Source: an uncultured Acidobacteriota bacterium (lineage in GTDB: Bacteria > Acidobacteriota > Vicinamibacteria > Vicinamibacterales > CAVVIG01). Taken from it: a stretch of DNA of 64,000 bases. The DNA lies in contig CAVXGU010000004.1 in assembly GCA_963761615.1 (NCBI GenBank), positions 607,537-671,536 of the forward strand. Direction: 5' to 3'. Every line of letters starts with the position of its first letter. The stretch's first letter is position 1. Below, piece after piece: positions 53,065 to 64,000 of the stretch. Under the pieces are notes generated by a model. It did not search any database and was not told the origin of the DNA. It was given only the letters and a program-made list of their open reading frames with translations. The position numbers were made by a program, and so were the translations under genes.

Positions 53065-55593
53065 ATGGGCCAGGTGGTGCGTGACGAGACCACGCCGGCG
53101 TCGAAGCCAATCCCCGACACGCTCGACCACCTGCGCGCCCGCCTGGCGGAGCATCCTGGCGGGCTGACCGCCGCCCAGGTCGACGCCGCCCGCCAGCAGT
53201 TCGGCTACAACGAGCTGCCCGAAGCAAAGACCAGCCTCCTCGCGCGGTTCCTCTCCTACTGGTGGGGCCCCATCGCCTGGATGATCGAATCCGCCGCGAT
53301 CCTCTCGGCGCTCGTGCGGCACTGGACCGACTTCGCGATCATCCTGGCCCTCCTGGTGATGAACGCCGGCGTCGGATTCTGGGAGGAATTCCAGGCGGGC
53401 AACGCGATCGCGGCCCTCAAAGCGCGGCTCGCCCTGCGCGCCCGCGTCAAGCGCGATGGCGCCTGGACGACGGTGGCCGCGCGGGAGCTCGTGCCCGACG
53501 ACCAGATCCGCCTCCGCTTCGGCGACATCCTGCCGGCCGACGCCCAGCTCCTCGACGGCGATCCCATCGAAGTCGATCAGTCGGCGCTGACCGGCGAATC
53601 GCTGCCGGTGACCCGCAAACCCGGCGATACGGTCTACGCGGGCTCGATCGTCAAGCGCGGCGAGATCGGCGCCGTCGTGTCCGCGACCGGCGCGCGCACC
53701 TACATGGGCCGCACGGCCCACCTGGTGGAGTCGGCGCACGCCGCCAGCCACTTCCAGCGCGCGGTGCTCAAGATCGGCGACTACCTGATCGTCGTCGCCG
53801 TCCTGCTCGTCGTGCTGATCCTGGGGGTGGCGATCTTCCGCGGCGATCCGATCCTGACGACGCTGCAGTTCTGCCTCGTCCTGACGGTCGCTGCCGTGCC
53901 CGTCGCCATGCCGGCCGTGCTGTCGGTCACGATGGCCGTGGGGGCCCGCGTGCTGGCCCGGCGTCAGGCGATCGTGACGCGGCTGGCGGCGATGGAGGAG
54001 CTGGCGGGCATCGACGTGCTCTGCTCCGACAAGACCGGCACGCTCACGCAGAACGTCCTCACGCCCGGGGATCCCTTCTGCGCGCCCGGCGTCGCCCCCG
54101 ACGCGCTGCTCCTCGCCGCCGCCCTCGCGTCCCAGGCGCAGAACGAGGATCCCATCGACCTGGCGGTGCTCGGCGCCGTCGCCGATCGACGCGCGCTCGA
54201 GGCGTACCGCCTCGTGCACTTCGAGCCGTTCGACCCGGTGCACAAGCGGACCGAGGCGGAGGTCGAGGGCCGCGACGGCCGGCACCTGCACGTCGCCAAG
54301 GGGGCGCCGCAGGTGATCCTGGACCTCGCCGCGCCCCCCGACCGTCAGGCGGCCATGCGCGCGGTGGACGACTTCGCGGCCCGCGGTTTCCGCGCGCTCG
54401 GCGTCGCGCAGAGCGCCGACGGCACGGCGTGGCAGTTCCTCGGCCTGCTGCCGCTCTTCGACCCGCCGCGTCCGGATTCGAAGGAGACGATCGCGACCGC
54501 GATGCGCATGGGCATCGCGGTGAAGATGGTGACCGGCGATCAGCTCGCCATCGCAAAGGAGACGGCGCGCCAGCTCGGCCTGGGCGACCGCATCGTCGAC
54601 GCGTCGGGGCTCGACGCCGGAGACGGCGGCGCGGCGGGTCTGGCGCGCAAGATCGAGAACGCCGACGGCTTCGCGCAGGTGTTTCCCGAGCACAAGTTCC
54701 GGATCGTGGAGGTCCTCCAGCAGCGCGGGCACTTCGTCGGCATGACGGGCGACGGCGTCAACGACGCGCCGGCCCTCAAGCAAGCCGACGCGGGCATCGC
54801 CGTCTCCGGCGCCACCGACGCCGCGCGGGCGGCCGCCGACATCGCGCTCCTCCAGCCCGGCCTCTCCGTCATCGTCGGAGCCGTCGACGAGAGCCGGAAG
54901 ATGTTCCAGCGGATGAACAGCTACGCGATCTACCGGATCGCCGAGACGCTGCGCGTGCTGCTGTTCATGACGCTCTCGATCCTCGTCTTCAACTTCTATC
55001 CGGTCACCGCCGTGATGCTCGTGCTGCTGGCGATCCTCAACGACGGCGCGATCCTGTCGATCGCCTACGATCGGGTGCCGAAGTCGGATCGCCCGGAATC
55101 CTGGAACATGCCGGTCGTCCTGGGCATCGCCAGTGCGCTCGGCCTCGCCGGCGTCGTGGCCTCCTTCGGGCTGTTCTACGCCGCCGAGCGCGTGTTCCAC
55201 GTCGGGCGCGACACCATCCAGTCGCTGATGTACCTCAAGCTCTCGGTGGCGGGGCACCTGACGATCTTCGTGACGCGCACGCGCAAGCGGTTCTGGCAGA
55301 CCCGCCCGGCCGGCATCCTGCTCGGCGCCGTCCTGGCGACGCAGCTGGTCGCGACGCTGATCGCCGTCTACGGCGTCTTCATCTCGCCGATCGGCTGGAC
55401 GTGGGCGATCGCGGTCTGGGTGTACGCCCTGGCGTGGTTCGTCGTGAACGACCAGATCAAGATCGCGGCCTATCGCGTGTTCGACGCGCGCGAGACCGGG
55501 CTCCTGCTCCAACGCGTACGGTCGCACACGATGCGGCACATCTGGGACTCGTTCGCCGGCGCAGCGAAGGCGCACCGGCCGGGGGTGCGATGA
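53065..55593 (+). CDS. P-type ATPase of the plasma-membrane H+-ATPase (P3A) type
   Basis: ATG 53065 after AAGGGAGG. N-terminal [21 protein letters not shown], phosphorylation motif [28 protein letters not shown]. 842 aa. Confidence 0.85.
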   Translation: MGQVVRDETTPASKPIPDTLDHLRARLAEHPGGLTAAQVDAARQQFGYNELPEAKTSLLARFLSYWWGPIAWMIESAAILSALVRHWTDFAIILALLVMNAGVGFWEEFQAGNAIAALKARLALRARVKRDGAWTTVAARELVPDDQIRLRFGDILPADAQLLDGDPIEVDQSALTGESLPVTRKPGDTVYAGSIVKRGEIGAVVSATGARTYMGRTAHLVESAHAASHFQRAVLKIGDYLIVVAVLLVVLILGVAIFRGDPILTTLQFCLVLTVAAVPVAMPAVLSVTMAVGARVLARRQAIVTRLAAMEELAGIDVLCSDKTGTLTQNVLTPGDPFCAPGVAPDALLLAAALASQAQNEDPIDLAVLGAVADRRALEAYRLVHFEPFDPVHKRTEAEVEGRDGRHLHVAKGAPQVILDLAAPPDRQAAMRAVDDFAARGFRALGVAQSADGTAWQFLGLLPLFDPPRPDSKETIATAMRMGIAVKMVTGDQLAIAKETARQLGLGDRIVDASGLDAGDGGAAGLARKIENADGFAQVFPEHKFRIVEVLQQRGHFVGMTGDGVNDAPALKQADAGIAVSGATDAARAAADIALLQPGLSVIVGAVDESRKMFQRMNSYAIYRIAETLRVLLFMTLSILVFNFYPVTAVMLVLLAILNDGAILSIAYDRVPKSDRPESWNMPVVLGIASALGLAGVVASFGLFYAAERVFHVGRDTIQSLMYLKLSVAGHLTIFVTRTRKRFWQTRPAGILLGAVLATQLVATLIAVYGVFISPIGWTWAIAVWVYALAWFVVNDQIKIAAYRVFDARETGLLLQRVRSHTMRHIWDSFAGAAKAHRPGVR

Positions 55594-58010
55594 CGAAGAC
55601 GCTCTCACGCGGACTGTTGCAGCGCATGAACGCCTACTGGCGCGCGGCCAACTACCTGTCCGTGGGCCAGATCTACCTGATGGACAACCCCCTCCTGAAG
55701 CGGCCGCTCACGCCGGCCGACATCAAACCGCGCCTGCTGGGCCACTGGGGGACGACCCCCGGACTGAACTTCGTCTACGTCCACCTCAACCGGCTGATCA
55801 CCGAACACGACCTCGACCTGATCCTCATCGTCGGCCCGGGTCACGGCGGGCCGGGGATCGTCGCGAACACGTACCTCGAGGGCACCTACAGCGAGCTGTA
55901 CCCGAACGTGTCGTGCGACGAGCCGGGCATGAAGCGGCTGTTCACGCAGTTCTCCTTTCCCGGCGGCATCCCCAGCCACTGCGCGCCCGAGACGCCCGGG
56001 TCGATCAACGAGGGCGGCGAGCTCGGGTACAGCCTCGCCCACGCGTACGGCGCGGCCTTCGACAACCCCGGTCTCTTCGTGACGTGCATCATCGGCGACG
56101 GCGAAGCGGAAACCGGCGCCCTGGCCACGAGCTGGCACTCGAACAAGTTCTTCAACCCGGCGCGGGACGGCGCGGTGCTCCCGATCCTCCACCTGAACGG
56201 CTACAAGATCGCGAACCCGACGGTGCTCGCCCGGATCGGCCGCGACGAGCTCGGCCGCCTCCTGACCGGCTACGGGTACGAGCCCGTGTTCGTCGCCGGC
56301 GACGACCCGATGGCCGTGCACTCGCTGCTCGCCGACGCCCTGGATCGCGCGCTCGACCGGATCCGGGCGATCCAGTCGGCGGCGCGCGCCCGCGGGTTCA
56401 AGCGCCGCCAGGCCTGGCCGGTCGTCGTGCTGGAGACGCCGAAGGGCTGGACCGGACCGAAGATCGTCGACGGCCTCCGCGTCGAAGGGACGTTCCGCGC
56501 CCACCAGGTGCCCCTCGCCGAGGTGCGGACCCGGCGGTCGCACTTGAAGATGCTCGAACGGTGGATGAAGAGCTACGAGCCGGCCGAGTTGTTCGACGAC
56601 CACGGCGCGCCCGATCCGCGCCTGGCCGAGCTCGCGCCGAAGGGGGACCGACGGATCGGCGCGAACCCGCACGCCAACGGCGGACGGCTGCTGCGCGACC
56701 TGCGCATGCCGGACTTCCGGACCTATGCCGTCGAGGTGGGCGCGCCGGGGACGACCCGCGCCGAGGCGACGCGCGTGGCCGGCGGGTTCCTCCGGGACGT
56801 GATGCAGGCCAACTGGGACGCGCGGAACTTCCGCGTCTTCGGTGCCGACGAGACCGCCTCGAACCGGCTCAGCAGCCTGTTCGACATCACCAGCCGGACG
56901 TCCACCGCCGAGATCCTGCCCGGCGACGACCACGTCTCGCCCGACGGCCGCGTGATGGAGGTCCTCAGCGAGCACCTCTGCCAGGGCTGGCTCGAGGGCT
57001 ACCTGCTGACCGGTCGGCACGGCTTCTTCTCGTGCTACGAGGCCTTCATCCACATCGTGGACTCGATGTTCAACCAGCACGCCAAGTGGCTGAAGGTGAC
57101 GCGGGGCATTCCCTGGCGGCGGCCGATCGCGTCGCTGAACTACCTGCTGACCTCGCACGTCTGGCGGCAGGACCACAACGGTTTCAGCCATCAGGACCCC
57201 GGCTTCCTCGACCACGTCGTCAACAAGAAGGCCGACGTCATCCGGGTCTACCTGCCGCCCGATGCGAACACGCTGCTCTCCGTCGTCGATCACTGCCTGC
57301 GGAGCCGGCACTACGTCAACGTGATCGTGGCCGGCAAGCAGCCCGAGCTCCAGTGGCTCGACATGGACACCGCCGTGAAGCACTGCACGGCCGGCGTCGG
57401 CGTGTGGGAATGGGCGAGCAGCGACCGCGGCAGCGAGCCCGACGTCGTGATGGCGTGCGCCGGCGACGTGCCGACGCTCGAGACGCTCGCGGCCGTCGAA
57501 CTGCTGCGGCAGCACCTGCCCGCACTCAAGGTGCGCGTGGTGAACGTGGTGGACCTGATGACGCTGCAGCCGCACAGCGAACACCCCCACGGGCTGAGCG
57601 ATCGCGACTTCGACGCGATCTTCACCATCGACAAGCCGATCATCTTCGCCTTCCACGGCTACCCCTGGCTGATCCACCGGCTGACCTACCGCCGGACGAG
57701 CCACGCGAACCTCCACGTCCGGGGCTACAAGGAAGAGGGCACGACGACGACGCCTTTCGACATGGTGGTGATGAACGACCTGGACCGCTTCCACCTGGCG
57801 GGCGACGTCATCGACCGCATTCCCGGCCTGGGCGCCCGCGCCGCCTACGCGAAGCAGTTCCTCCGGGACAAGCTGCTCGACCACAAGCAGTACGTCCGGC
57901 AGTACGGGGAGGACATGCCCGAGATCCGGAACTGGGTCTGGCAGGCGGCCGCGCCGGCCGGCAGGACGCGGCGTGCCGCGCGCGGCCGGACGCGGCGGAC
58001 CGGGCGATGA
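55590..58010 (+). CDS. xfp: Phosphoketolase (xylulose-5-P/fructose-6-P phosphoketolase)
   Basis: ATGA overlap with the ATPase stop. N-terminal [39 protein letters not shown] signature. 806 aa. Confidence 0.92.
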   Translation: MTKTLSRGLLQRMNAYWRAANYLSVGQIYLMDNPLLKRPLTPADIKPRLLGHWGTTPGLNFVYVHLNRLITEHDLDLILIVGPGHGGPGIVANTYLEGTYSELYPNVSCDEPGMKRLFTQFSFPGGIPSHCAPETPGSINEGGELGYSLAHAYGAAFDNPGLFVTCIIGDGEAETGALATSWHSNKFFNPARDGAVLPILHLNGYKIANPTVLARIGRDELGRLLTGYGYEPVFVAGDDPMAVHSLLADALDRALDRIRAIQSAARARGFKRRQAWPVVVLETPKGWTGPKIVDGLRVEGTFRAHQVPLAEVRTRRSHLKMLERWMKSYEPAELFDDHGAPDPRLAELAPKGDRRIGANPHANGGRLLRDLRMPDFRTYAVEVGAPGTTRAEATRVAGGFLRDVMQANWDARNFRVFGADETASNRLSSLFDITSRTSTAEILPGDDHVSPDGRVMEVLSEHLCQGWLEGYLLTGRHGFFSCYEAFIHIVDSMFNQHAKWLKVTRGIPWRRPIASLNYLLTSHVWRQDHNGFSHQDPGFLDHVVNKKADVIRVYLPPDANTLLSVVDHCLRSRHYVNVIVAGKQPELQWLDMDTAVKHCTAGVGVWEWASSDRGSEPDVVMACAGDVPTLETLAAVELLRQHLPALKVRVVNVVDLMTLQPHSEHPHGLSDRDFDAIFTIDKPIIFAFHGYPWLIHRLTYRRTSHANLHVRGYKEEGTTTTPFDMVVMNDLDRFHLAGDVIDRIPGLGARAAYAKQFLRDKLLDHKQYVRQYGEDMPEIRNWVWQAAAPAGRTRRAARGRTRRTGR

Positions 58011-59692
58011 CGGCCGCGGGTTCGGGCGTGAGCCCGCTGGCGGGGACACCGCCCGACGCGGCGATGCTCGTGGACGTCTCGAAGCTCGTCGCCGCCTACT
58101 TCGACGAGCGGCCGGACCCGGCCATCGAGGCGCAGCGCGTCGCCTTCGGCACGTCCGGGCACCGCGGCTCGGCGTTCGCCCGTTCCTTCAACGAGTGGCA
58201 CATCCTCGCGATCACCGAGGCGATCTGCGAGTACCGGGCCGCCCACGGGATCGACGGTCCGATCTTCGTGGGACGCGACACGCACGCGCTGTCCGAGCCG
58301 GCGTGGACGAGCGCCCTCGAGGTCCTCGCGGCCCACGACGTCCCCGTGATGGCGTCGGCGCGCGACGAGTTCACGCCGACGCCGGTGGTGTCGCATGCGA
58401 TTCTCACCTACAACCGCGGCCGGAGCCGCGGGCGGGCCGACGGCATCGTCATCACGCCGTCGCACAACCCGCCCGAGGACGGCGGCTTCAAGTACGATCC
58501 GCCGCACGGCGGGCCGGCCGGCGCGCAGACGACGTCGTGGATCCAGCGCCGGGCCAACGAGCTGCTCGCCGCCGGGCTCGCCGGCGTGGTGCGGATGCCG
58601 CTCGAGCAGGCGCGGCGCGCCCCGACCGTCCACCGCCACGACTTCCTCGACGCGTACGTGGCCGATCTGGGGTCGGTGCTCGATCTCGACGCCGTCCGCG
58701 CGTCCGGGCTGCGGATCGGCGTCGATCCCCTCGGCGGCGCCGGCGTCCACTACTGGGCGCCGATCGCCGAACGCTGGGGCCTGGACCTGACCGTGGTGAG
58801 CGATGTCGTGGATCCGACCTTCCGGTTCATGACGCTCGACTGGGACGGCCGCATCCGGATGGATCCGTCGTCGCCGTACGCGATGCGGCGGCTCGTCGGC
58901 CTGAAGAATCGCTTCGACGTCGCCTTCGCCTGCGATACGGATCACGACCGTCACGGCGTCGTCGCGCCGAGCGTGGGGCTCGTCCCGCCGAACCACTACC
59001 TGGCGGTCTGCATCCACTACCTGTTCGCGCACCGCGACGGATGGGGACGCGATGCGGCGGTCGGCAAGACGCTCGTCAGCAGCACGATGATCGACCGCGT
59101 CGCGGCGGCGCTGGGTCGCCGGGTCGTCGAGACGCCCGTCGGATTCAAGTGGTTCGTCGACGGCCTCCTGGACGGATCGCTCGGGTTTGCCGGAGAGGAG
59201 AGCGCCGGCGCCACGTTCCTCCGGCGCGACGGAACCGTGTGGACGACCGACAAGGACGGGATCGCCGCGGCGCTGCTCGCAGCCGAGATCACGGCGCGGC
59301 TCGGGCGGGATCCGGGCGACGTGTACCGGACGCTCACCGAGACGCACGGCGCACCGGCGTACGCCCGCATCGAGGCGGAAGCCACGCCGGAGGAGAAGAA
59401 GCGCCTCGCCTCGCTGTCGCGAGCCGACATCGCGGGCGACACGCTCGCCGGGGAGCCGATCCTGCAGGTGCTGACCGACGCGCCGGGTGACGGCCAGCCG
59501 ATCGGCGGGGTGAAGGTGACCACGGCGAGCGGATGGTTCGCCGCGCGGCCGTCGGGGACCGAGGATGTGTACAAGATCTATGCGGAGAGCTTCCGGGGAG
59601 CAGCGCATCTGGAGGCGATTCAGACCGAGGCGCGGGCGATGGTGACGGCGGCCCTCGCCCGTGGTGCGGGCGCCGCGGCAGGAGAGCGATGA
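58007..59692 (+). CDS. pgm: Phosphoglucomutase, alpha-D-glucose-phosphate specific
   Basis: ATGA overlap with the xfp stop. FGTSGHRG, active-site [20 protein letters not shown]. 561 aa. Confidence 0.9.
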   Translation: MTAAGSGVSPLAGTPPDAAMLVDVSKLVAAYFDERPDPAIEAQRVAFGTSGHRGSAFARSFNEWHILAITEAICEYRAAHGIDGPIFVGRDTHALSEPAWTSALEVLAAHDVPVMASARDEFTPTPVVSHAILTYNRGRSRGRADGIVITPSHNPPEDGGFKYDPPHGGPAGAQTTSWIQRRANELLAAGLAGVVRMPLEQARRAPTVHRHDFLDAYVADLGSVLDLDAVRASGLRIGVDPLGGAGVHYWAPIAERWGLDLTVVSDVVDPTFRFMTLDWDGRIRMDPSSPYAMRRLVGLKNRFDVAFACDTDHDRHGVVAPSVGLVPPNHYLAVCIHYLFAHRDGWGRDAAVGKTLVSSTMIDRVAAALGRRVVETPVGFKWFVDGLLDGSLGFAGEESAGATFLRRDGTVWTTDKDGIAAALLAAEITARLGRDPGDVYRTLTETHGAPAYARIEAEATPEEKKRLASLSRADIAGDTLAGEPILQVLTDAPGDGQPIGGVKVTTASGWFAARPSGTEDVYKIYAESFRGAAHLEAIQTEARAMVTAALARGAGAAAGER

Positions 59693-62223
59693 GCCACCCG
59701 ATGGACACGACGAGGGCGCCAGGGCCGTTCCGGTCCGACGCGCTCACCGAGCTGGCCCTCGACCTGCGGTGGTCGTTCAACCACGCCGCCGACGCGGTGT
59801 GGCGCCGGCTGGACCCGGTGCTCTGGGACCTGACGCACAACCCGTGGTTCGTGCTGCAGACCGCGTCGCACGCGCGCCTCGAGGAGGTCGCGGGCGACGC
59901 CGACTTCCAGCAGCTCATCGCCGACGTCGTCCGCGAGAAACGGCAGGCGACCGAGTCGCCCGGGTGGTTCGGGAGGACCTATCCAGAGGCTTCGCTCGCG
60001 CGCGTCGCCTACTTCAGCATGGAGTTCATGTTGACCGAGGCGCTGCCAATCTATTCCGGCGGTCTTGGCAACGTGGCGGGCGACCAGCTGAAAGCCGCCA
60101 GCAACCTCGGCGTTCCGGTCGTGGGCGTGGGCCTGCTCTACCAGCAGGGGTACTTCCGGCAGACGCTGGACGCGCAGGGCCGCCAGCAGGCGCTGTACCC
60201 GTTCAACGACCCGGGCCAGCTGCCCATCCGTCCGCTGCGGGACGCGACGGGGGAGTGGATGCGGTTTCCCATCGCATTCGGCGGCGCGGACGTGTGGATT
60301 CGCGTGTGGCAGGCGCAGATCGGCCGCGTGCGCCTCTACCTGCTCGACACGAACGATCCGGCGAACACCCCGTCGAGCCGCGGCATCACGAGCGAGCTGT
60401 ACGGCGGCGACGCGGAGTTGCGCCTCAAGCAGGAGATCGTGCTGGGCATCGGCGGGTGGCGCGCGCTGTGCGGGAGCGGACCGGCGCCGGACGTCTGTCA
60501 CCTGAACGAGGGGCATGCCGCCTTCGCCGTGCTGGAGCGGGCGCGCACCCACATGGCGTCCGGCGGGCAGTCGTTCGAGCTCGCGCTGGCGGTGACGCGC
60601 GTTGGCAACCTCTTCACGACGCACACGCCGGTCGACGCGGGGTTCGACCGCTTCGCCCCCGATCTGATGGCCCGGTATCTGGCGGCGTACGCGGAGCACG
60701 ATCTCGGGATCGCGTTCGACGATCTGCTCGCCATGGGACGACGCGATCGCACCGACGCCCGTGAGCCGTTCAACATGGCGTACCTCGCCGTCCGCGGCAG
60801 CGGTGCGGTCAACGGCGTCAGCCGGCTGCACGGTGAGGTGAGCCGCCGGATCTTCCAGCCGCTGTTCCCGCGCTGGCCCCGCGCCGACGTCCCCGTCGGG
60901 TACGTGACCAACGGCGTCCACATGCCGTCGTGGGATTCGGCCGACGCAGACCGGCTGTGGGAGTCGACCTGCGGCAAGGAGCGCTGGCGCTGGACGATGC
61001 CCGACATGGAACAGGAGTTCCGCCACGTCACCGACGAGGCGCTGTGGCAGCTCAGGACCGACTCCCGCGGCGCCTTCGTGGCGTACGTGCGCGAGCGGCT
61101 CGCCCGGCAGCTCGCGGAGCAGGGCGCTCCGGCCGTCGACGTGGCGAACGCCGGGCGGATCTTCGAGCGCGACGCGCTCACGATCGGCTTCGCGCGCCGC
61201 TTCGCGTCCTACAAGCGGCCGAACCTGCTGCTGCACGACCCGGATCGGCTGGCGCGGCTCCTGTCGGACCGCCAGCGGCCCGTGCAGCTGGTGGTCGCCG
61301 GCAAAGCGCATCCCCAGGACGCCGTCGGCCAGGCGCTCGTCGCGGAGTGGGTGCGCTTCATCGCGCGGCCGGACGTGCGCGGGCGGGTCGTCTTCCTGGC
61401 GGACTACGACGTGCTCATGGCCGAGCGCCTCGTCCAGGGGATCGACCTCTGGATCAACACGCCCCGGCGGCCCTGGGAAGCCTGCGGCACGAGCGGCATG
61501 AAGGTGCTCGTGAACGGGGGGCTGAACTGCTCGGAGCTCGACGGCTGGTGGGCCGAGGCCTACACGCCCGAGGTCGGCTGGGCGATCGGGGACCGCCGCG
61601 AACACGACGAGGATCCGGCGTGGGACGCGTCGGAGGCCGACGTGCTGTATGCGCTGCTCGAGGGCGAGATCGTCCCGGCGTTCTACGATCGGGACGCGCG
61701 CGGCATCCCGGCGCACTGGGTGGCGCGGATGCGCGAGAGCATGGCGCGGCTCACGCCGGCGTTCTCCGCCAACCGGTCGGTCCGCGAGTACACCGAGACC
61801 CGCTACCTGCCGCTCGCCGCCGCGTATCACGCACGCGCGGCGGACGCGGGCGAGGCCGGTGCGGCCCTGCTGACCTGGCGCACGGCGCTCGAACGCAGCT
61901 GGGCGGCGGCGAGGTTCACGAGCCGCGAGGTCGACACCGCCGACGGCCATCACACGTTCCGGGTCGGCGTCGACCTCGGCGGGCTCGATCCGGACGGCGT
62001 TCGCGTCGAGCTGTACGCGGAAGGCGGCCCGGGGGACGAGCCGGCCCGCGTGGTCTTGCCGCGCGCCGCGCCCGGTGGTCACGACGGCCGCCCGCTCTAC
62101 GTCGGTTCGGTTCCGGCCTCGCGGCCGGCCAGCGACTTCACGCCGCGACTCGTGCCCCATCGGGCCGGCGCGTCGATCCCCCTGGAGGCGCCGCTGATTC
62201 TCTGGGATGATCGAGGCCGATGA
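59689..62223 (+). CDS. glgP: Alpha-glucan (glycogen/maltodextrin) phosphorylase, GT35
   Basis: ATGA overlap with the pgm stop. YFSMEF...YSGGLG.LAGD-type N-terminus (here GGLGNVAGD). PLP-lysine region EACGTSGMK. Confidence 0.88.
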   Translation: MSHPMDTTRAPGPFRSDALTELALDLRWSFNHAADAVWRRLDPVLWDLTHNPWFVLQTASHARLEEVAGDADFQQLIADVVREKRQATESPGWFGRTYPEASLARVAYFSMEFMLTEALPIYSGGLGNVAGDQLKAASNLGVPVVGVGLLYQQGYFRQTLDAQGRQQALYPFNDPGQLPIRPLRDATGEWMRFPIAFGGADVWIRVWQAQIGRVRLYLLDTNDPANTPSSRGITSELYGGDAELRLKQEIVLGIGGWRALCGSGPAPDVCHLNEGHAAFAVLERARTHMASGGQSFELALAVTRVGNLFTTHTPVDAGFDRFAPDLMARYLAAYAEHDLGIAFDDLLAMGRRDRTDAREPFNMAYLAVRGSGAVNGVSRLHGEVSRRIFQPLFPRWPRADVPVGYVTNGVHMPSWDSADADRLWESTCGKERWRWTMPDMEQEFRHVTDEALWQLRTDSRGAFVAYVRERLARQLAEQGAPAVDVANAGRIFERDALTIGFARRFASYKRPNLLLHDPDRLARLLSDRQRPVQLVVAGKAHPQDAVGQALVAEWVRFIARPDVRGRVVFLADYDVLMAERLVQGIDLWINTPRRPWEACGTSGMKVLVNGGLNCSELDGWWAEAYTPEVGWAIGDRREHDEDPAWDASEADVLYALLEGEIVPAFYDRDARGIPAHWVARMRESMARLTPAFSANRSVREYTETRYLPLAAAYHARAADAGEAGAALLTWRTALERSWAAARFTSREVDTADGHHTFRVGVDLGGLDPDGVRVELYAEGGPGDEPARVVLPRAAPGGHDGRPLYVGSVPASRPASDFTPRLVPHRAGASIPLEAPLILWDDRGR

Positions 62224-64000
62224 CAACGCCACCCACCGAGAAGAGCCCCGTCACGTCGAAGCAGACGCCGGGCGCGCCCCGCGGGCCGCGCGGCGCCCCC
62301 CCGCCGCGGACCCCGCCGCCCACCCCGCCGGCGGGGAAGGGCCCCCAGCCCCCGCGCATCGGTCCGCTGACGTGGCTGCTGTTCCTGCTGCTCATCGTCT
62401 GGAACATCTGGTCGTTCCTGCCGAACCAGAACGCGGGCGTCCAGCTGCCGTACAGCGCCTTCGTCGCGCAGGTCGAGGGCGGCAACGTCGCGCGGGTGCA
62501 CATCGAGGGCGACGCGATCAGCGGGAGCTTCGCGAAGGAGATCACCTGGCCGCAGCCGGCCGGGGCGAGCGGCGGCACGCCGCCGGCGGCGTCCCAGGGC
62601 GGTGGTGAATCGCAGGCGGGCAGCGCGCCGGCGCCGCAGAAGTACACCTCGTTCCGCACGACGTTTCCGAGTGTCGTGGGGGACACCTCGCTGATGCCGC
62701 TGCTCCAGTCGCATCACGTGGTCATGGACGTCCAGGCGCCGTCGGAGCCGTGGTTCACCCTGCTGCTGACCAACGGCCTGCCCATATTGCTCATCATCGG
62801 CTTCCTCGTGTGGATGGGACGGCAGGCCGCCAAGAGCCAGCAGGGGATGTTCGGGTTCGGACGCACCCGCGCGAAGCGCTACTCGCCGGACCGGCCGAAG
62901 GTGACGTTCGCCGACGTCGCGGGCGCCGACGAGGCGAAGGCGGATCTCACCGAGGTCGTCGACTTCCTGCAGCACCCGGGCAAGTACCTCGAGATCGGCG
63001 CGAAGATCCCGCGCGGTGTGCTGCTCGTCGGCCCGCCTGGAACGGGCAAGACGCTGCTGGGGCGCGCCGTCGCCGGCGAAGCGGGCACGCCGTTCTTCAG
63101 CATCAGCGGGTCGGAGTTCGTGGAGATGTTCGTCGGCGTCGGCGCGAGCCGCGTGCGGGACCTCTTCACGCAGGCCAAGGCCGCCGAGCCGTCGATCGTG
63201 TTCATCGACGAGCTGGATGCCGTGGGGCGCCGGCGCGGCGCGGGTCTCGGCGCGGTGAACGACGAGCGGGAGCAGACGCTCAACCAGCTGCTCGTCGAGA
63301 TGGACGGATTCGACGAGCGCCAGCAGGTGATCATCCTCGCGGCCACCAACCGGCCGGACGTGCTCGACCCGGCGCTCCTGCGCCCGGGGCGCTTCGACCG
63401 CCAGGTGGTCGTGCCGCTGCCGGACTGGCGCGGCCGCGAGGGGATCCTGCGGATCCACACGCGGCACCTCCATCTCGCCGAGGGCGTGGATCTCCAGCGC
63501 CTCGCGCGGACCGCCACGGGCCTCAGCGGCGCCGACCTCGCGAACCTGTGCAATGAGGCCGCGCTCCACGCGGCGCGCCAGAACCGCACCGAGGTCGCCA
63601 TGGACGACTTCGAGCAGGCCTGGGACAAGATCGTGCTGGGCGCGGAGCGGTCGACGGTGCTGACGCCGCGGGATCGGCGGATTGTCGCCTATCACGAGGG
63701 CGGACACGCGGTGGTGGCCTGGCTCACGCCGGGCGCCGATCTCGTCCGCAAGGTGACCATCGTGCCACGCGGCCGCGCGCTCGGCGTCACCGAACAGCTG
63801 CCGACCGAGGACCGCTACAACATGAGCCGGACCGAGCTCCTCGCGCGGATCGACGTGATGCTCGGCGGGCGCACGTCCGAAGCGCTGGTGATCGGCGACA
63901 TCACGACCGGCGCCGAGAACGACCTGCTGCAGGCCACGCAGCTGGCGCGGCGGATGATCACGCGATGGGGGATGGGCGAACTGGGGCCGGTCGCGTTCTC
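62220..64000 (+). CDS. ftsH: ATP-dependent zinc metalloprotease FtsH (3' end beyond the window), with a Pro-rich N-terminal extension
   Basis: Not in the ORF track because no stop falls in the window. ATG 62220 forms an ATGA overlap with the glgP stop. Translation gives two TM segments, Walker A GPPGTGKT, Walker [31 protein letters not shown], and zinc motif HEGGH. Confidence 0.9.
   Translation, partial: MTTPPTEKSPVTSKQTPGAPRGPRGAPPPRTPPPTPPAGKGPQPPRIGPLTWLLFLLLIVWNIWSFLPNQNAGVQLPYSAFVAQVEGGNVARVHIEGDAISGSFAKEITWPQPAGASGGTPPAASQGGGESQAGSAPAPQKYTSFRTTFPSVVGDTSLMPLLQSHHVVMDVQAPSEPWFTLLLTNGLPILLIIGFLVWMGRQAAKSQQGMFGFGRTRAKRYSPDRPKVTFADVAGADEAKADLTEVVDFLQHPGKYLEIGAKIPRGVLLVGPPGTGKTLLGRAVAGEAGTPFFSISGSEFVEMFVGVGASRVRDLFTQAKAAEPSIVFIDELDAVGRRRGAGLGAVNDEREQTLNQLLVEMDGFDERQQVIILAATNRPDVLDPALLRPGRFDRQVVVPLPDWRGREGILRIHTRHLHLAEGVDLQRLARTATGLSGADLANLCNEAALHAARQNRTEVAMDDFEQAWDKIVLGAERSTVLTPRDRRIVAYHEGGHAVVAWLTPGADLVRKVTIVPRGRALGVTEQLPTEDRYNMSRTELLARIDVMLGGRTSEALVIGDITTGAENDLLQATQLARRMITRWGMGELGPVAF

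Noticed and set aside
53262-59692. Giant plus-strand ORFs of 1582 aa (53262..58010) and 1259 aa (55913..59692)
   Set aside because: Only their 3' parts are real (xfp from 55590, pgm from 58007). The 5' parts are out-of-frame read-through of the preceding gene with Arg/Pro-rich nonsense translation.
53038-62232. Minus-strand ORFs 53038..55608 (856 aa), 55605..58049 (814 aa), 57845..59608 (587 aa) and 59620..62232 (870 aa)
   Set aside because: Each mirrors a strongly supported plus-strand gene (P-type ATPase, xfp, pgm, glgP), and none contains a recognisable motif.

Overview
High-GC chromosomal segment (upper 60s % by eye, not computed) from a Gram-negative, soil-type bacterium. An Acidobacteriota-like origin is only an inference from gene content and repeat style. 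I support about 55 protein-coding genes. I recognised no rRNA, tRNA, CRISPR array, transposase, integrase or phage genes. Layout: (1) 1-2850 and 33306-35716 hold a repeated two-gene module: a secreted protein fusing a CxxCH heme-c domain to a PHM/DBH-like two-copper monooxygenase core, plus a conserved secreted partner ending in a CCW motif. The window contains three copies of the enzyme gene; this is my top candidate for an undescribed system. (2) 2935-6403: MBOAT, GNAT, a frameshifted S51 peptidase and a HAD hydrolase. (3) 6548-12127: an Opp/Dpp-type ABC operon whose first permease gene is frameshifted. (4) 12201-15275: a peptidase-MA / TolB-propeller / Omp85-barrel fusion protein. (5) 21182-25883: a periplasmic sulfur-oxidation cluster (TsdA-like diheme cytochrome, Tat-signal protein, DUF442-like protein, SorA-like Moco enzyme). 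(6) 25945-33027: MarR-ClC, dienelactone hydrolase, a Gfo/GMC/VOC operon and a desaturase. (7) 35819-43585: metal ABC, alpha/beta hydrolase, tandem USP, PEP synthase, a 60-aa ORF and an MFS transporter. (8) 43632-52878: a second peptide ABC operon with a fused ATPase and two tandem binding proteins, then an ABC-2 exporter. (9) 53065-64000: five genes chained by four consecutive ATGA start/stop overlaps (P3A-type H+-ATPase, phosphoketolase, phosphoglucomutase, alpha-glucan phosphorylase, FtsH). Intergenic DNA is rich in unusual repeats: a REP-like double-hairpin element (2 copies), a 100-bp tandem duplication, a ~300-bp palindrome built from GGTGCC units, and inverted arrays of 7-mer and 9-mer tandem repeats. 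All calls rest on reading the sequence and the ORF track. No database search was run, and start codons are best guesses.
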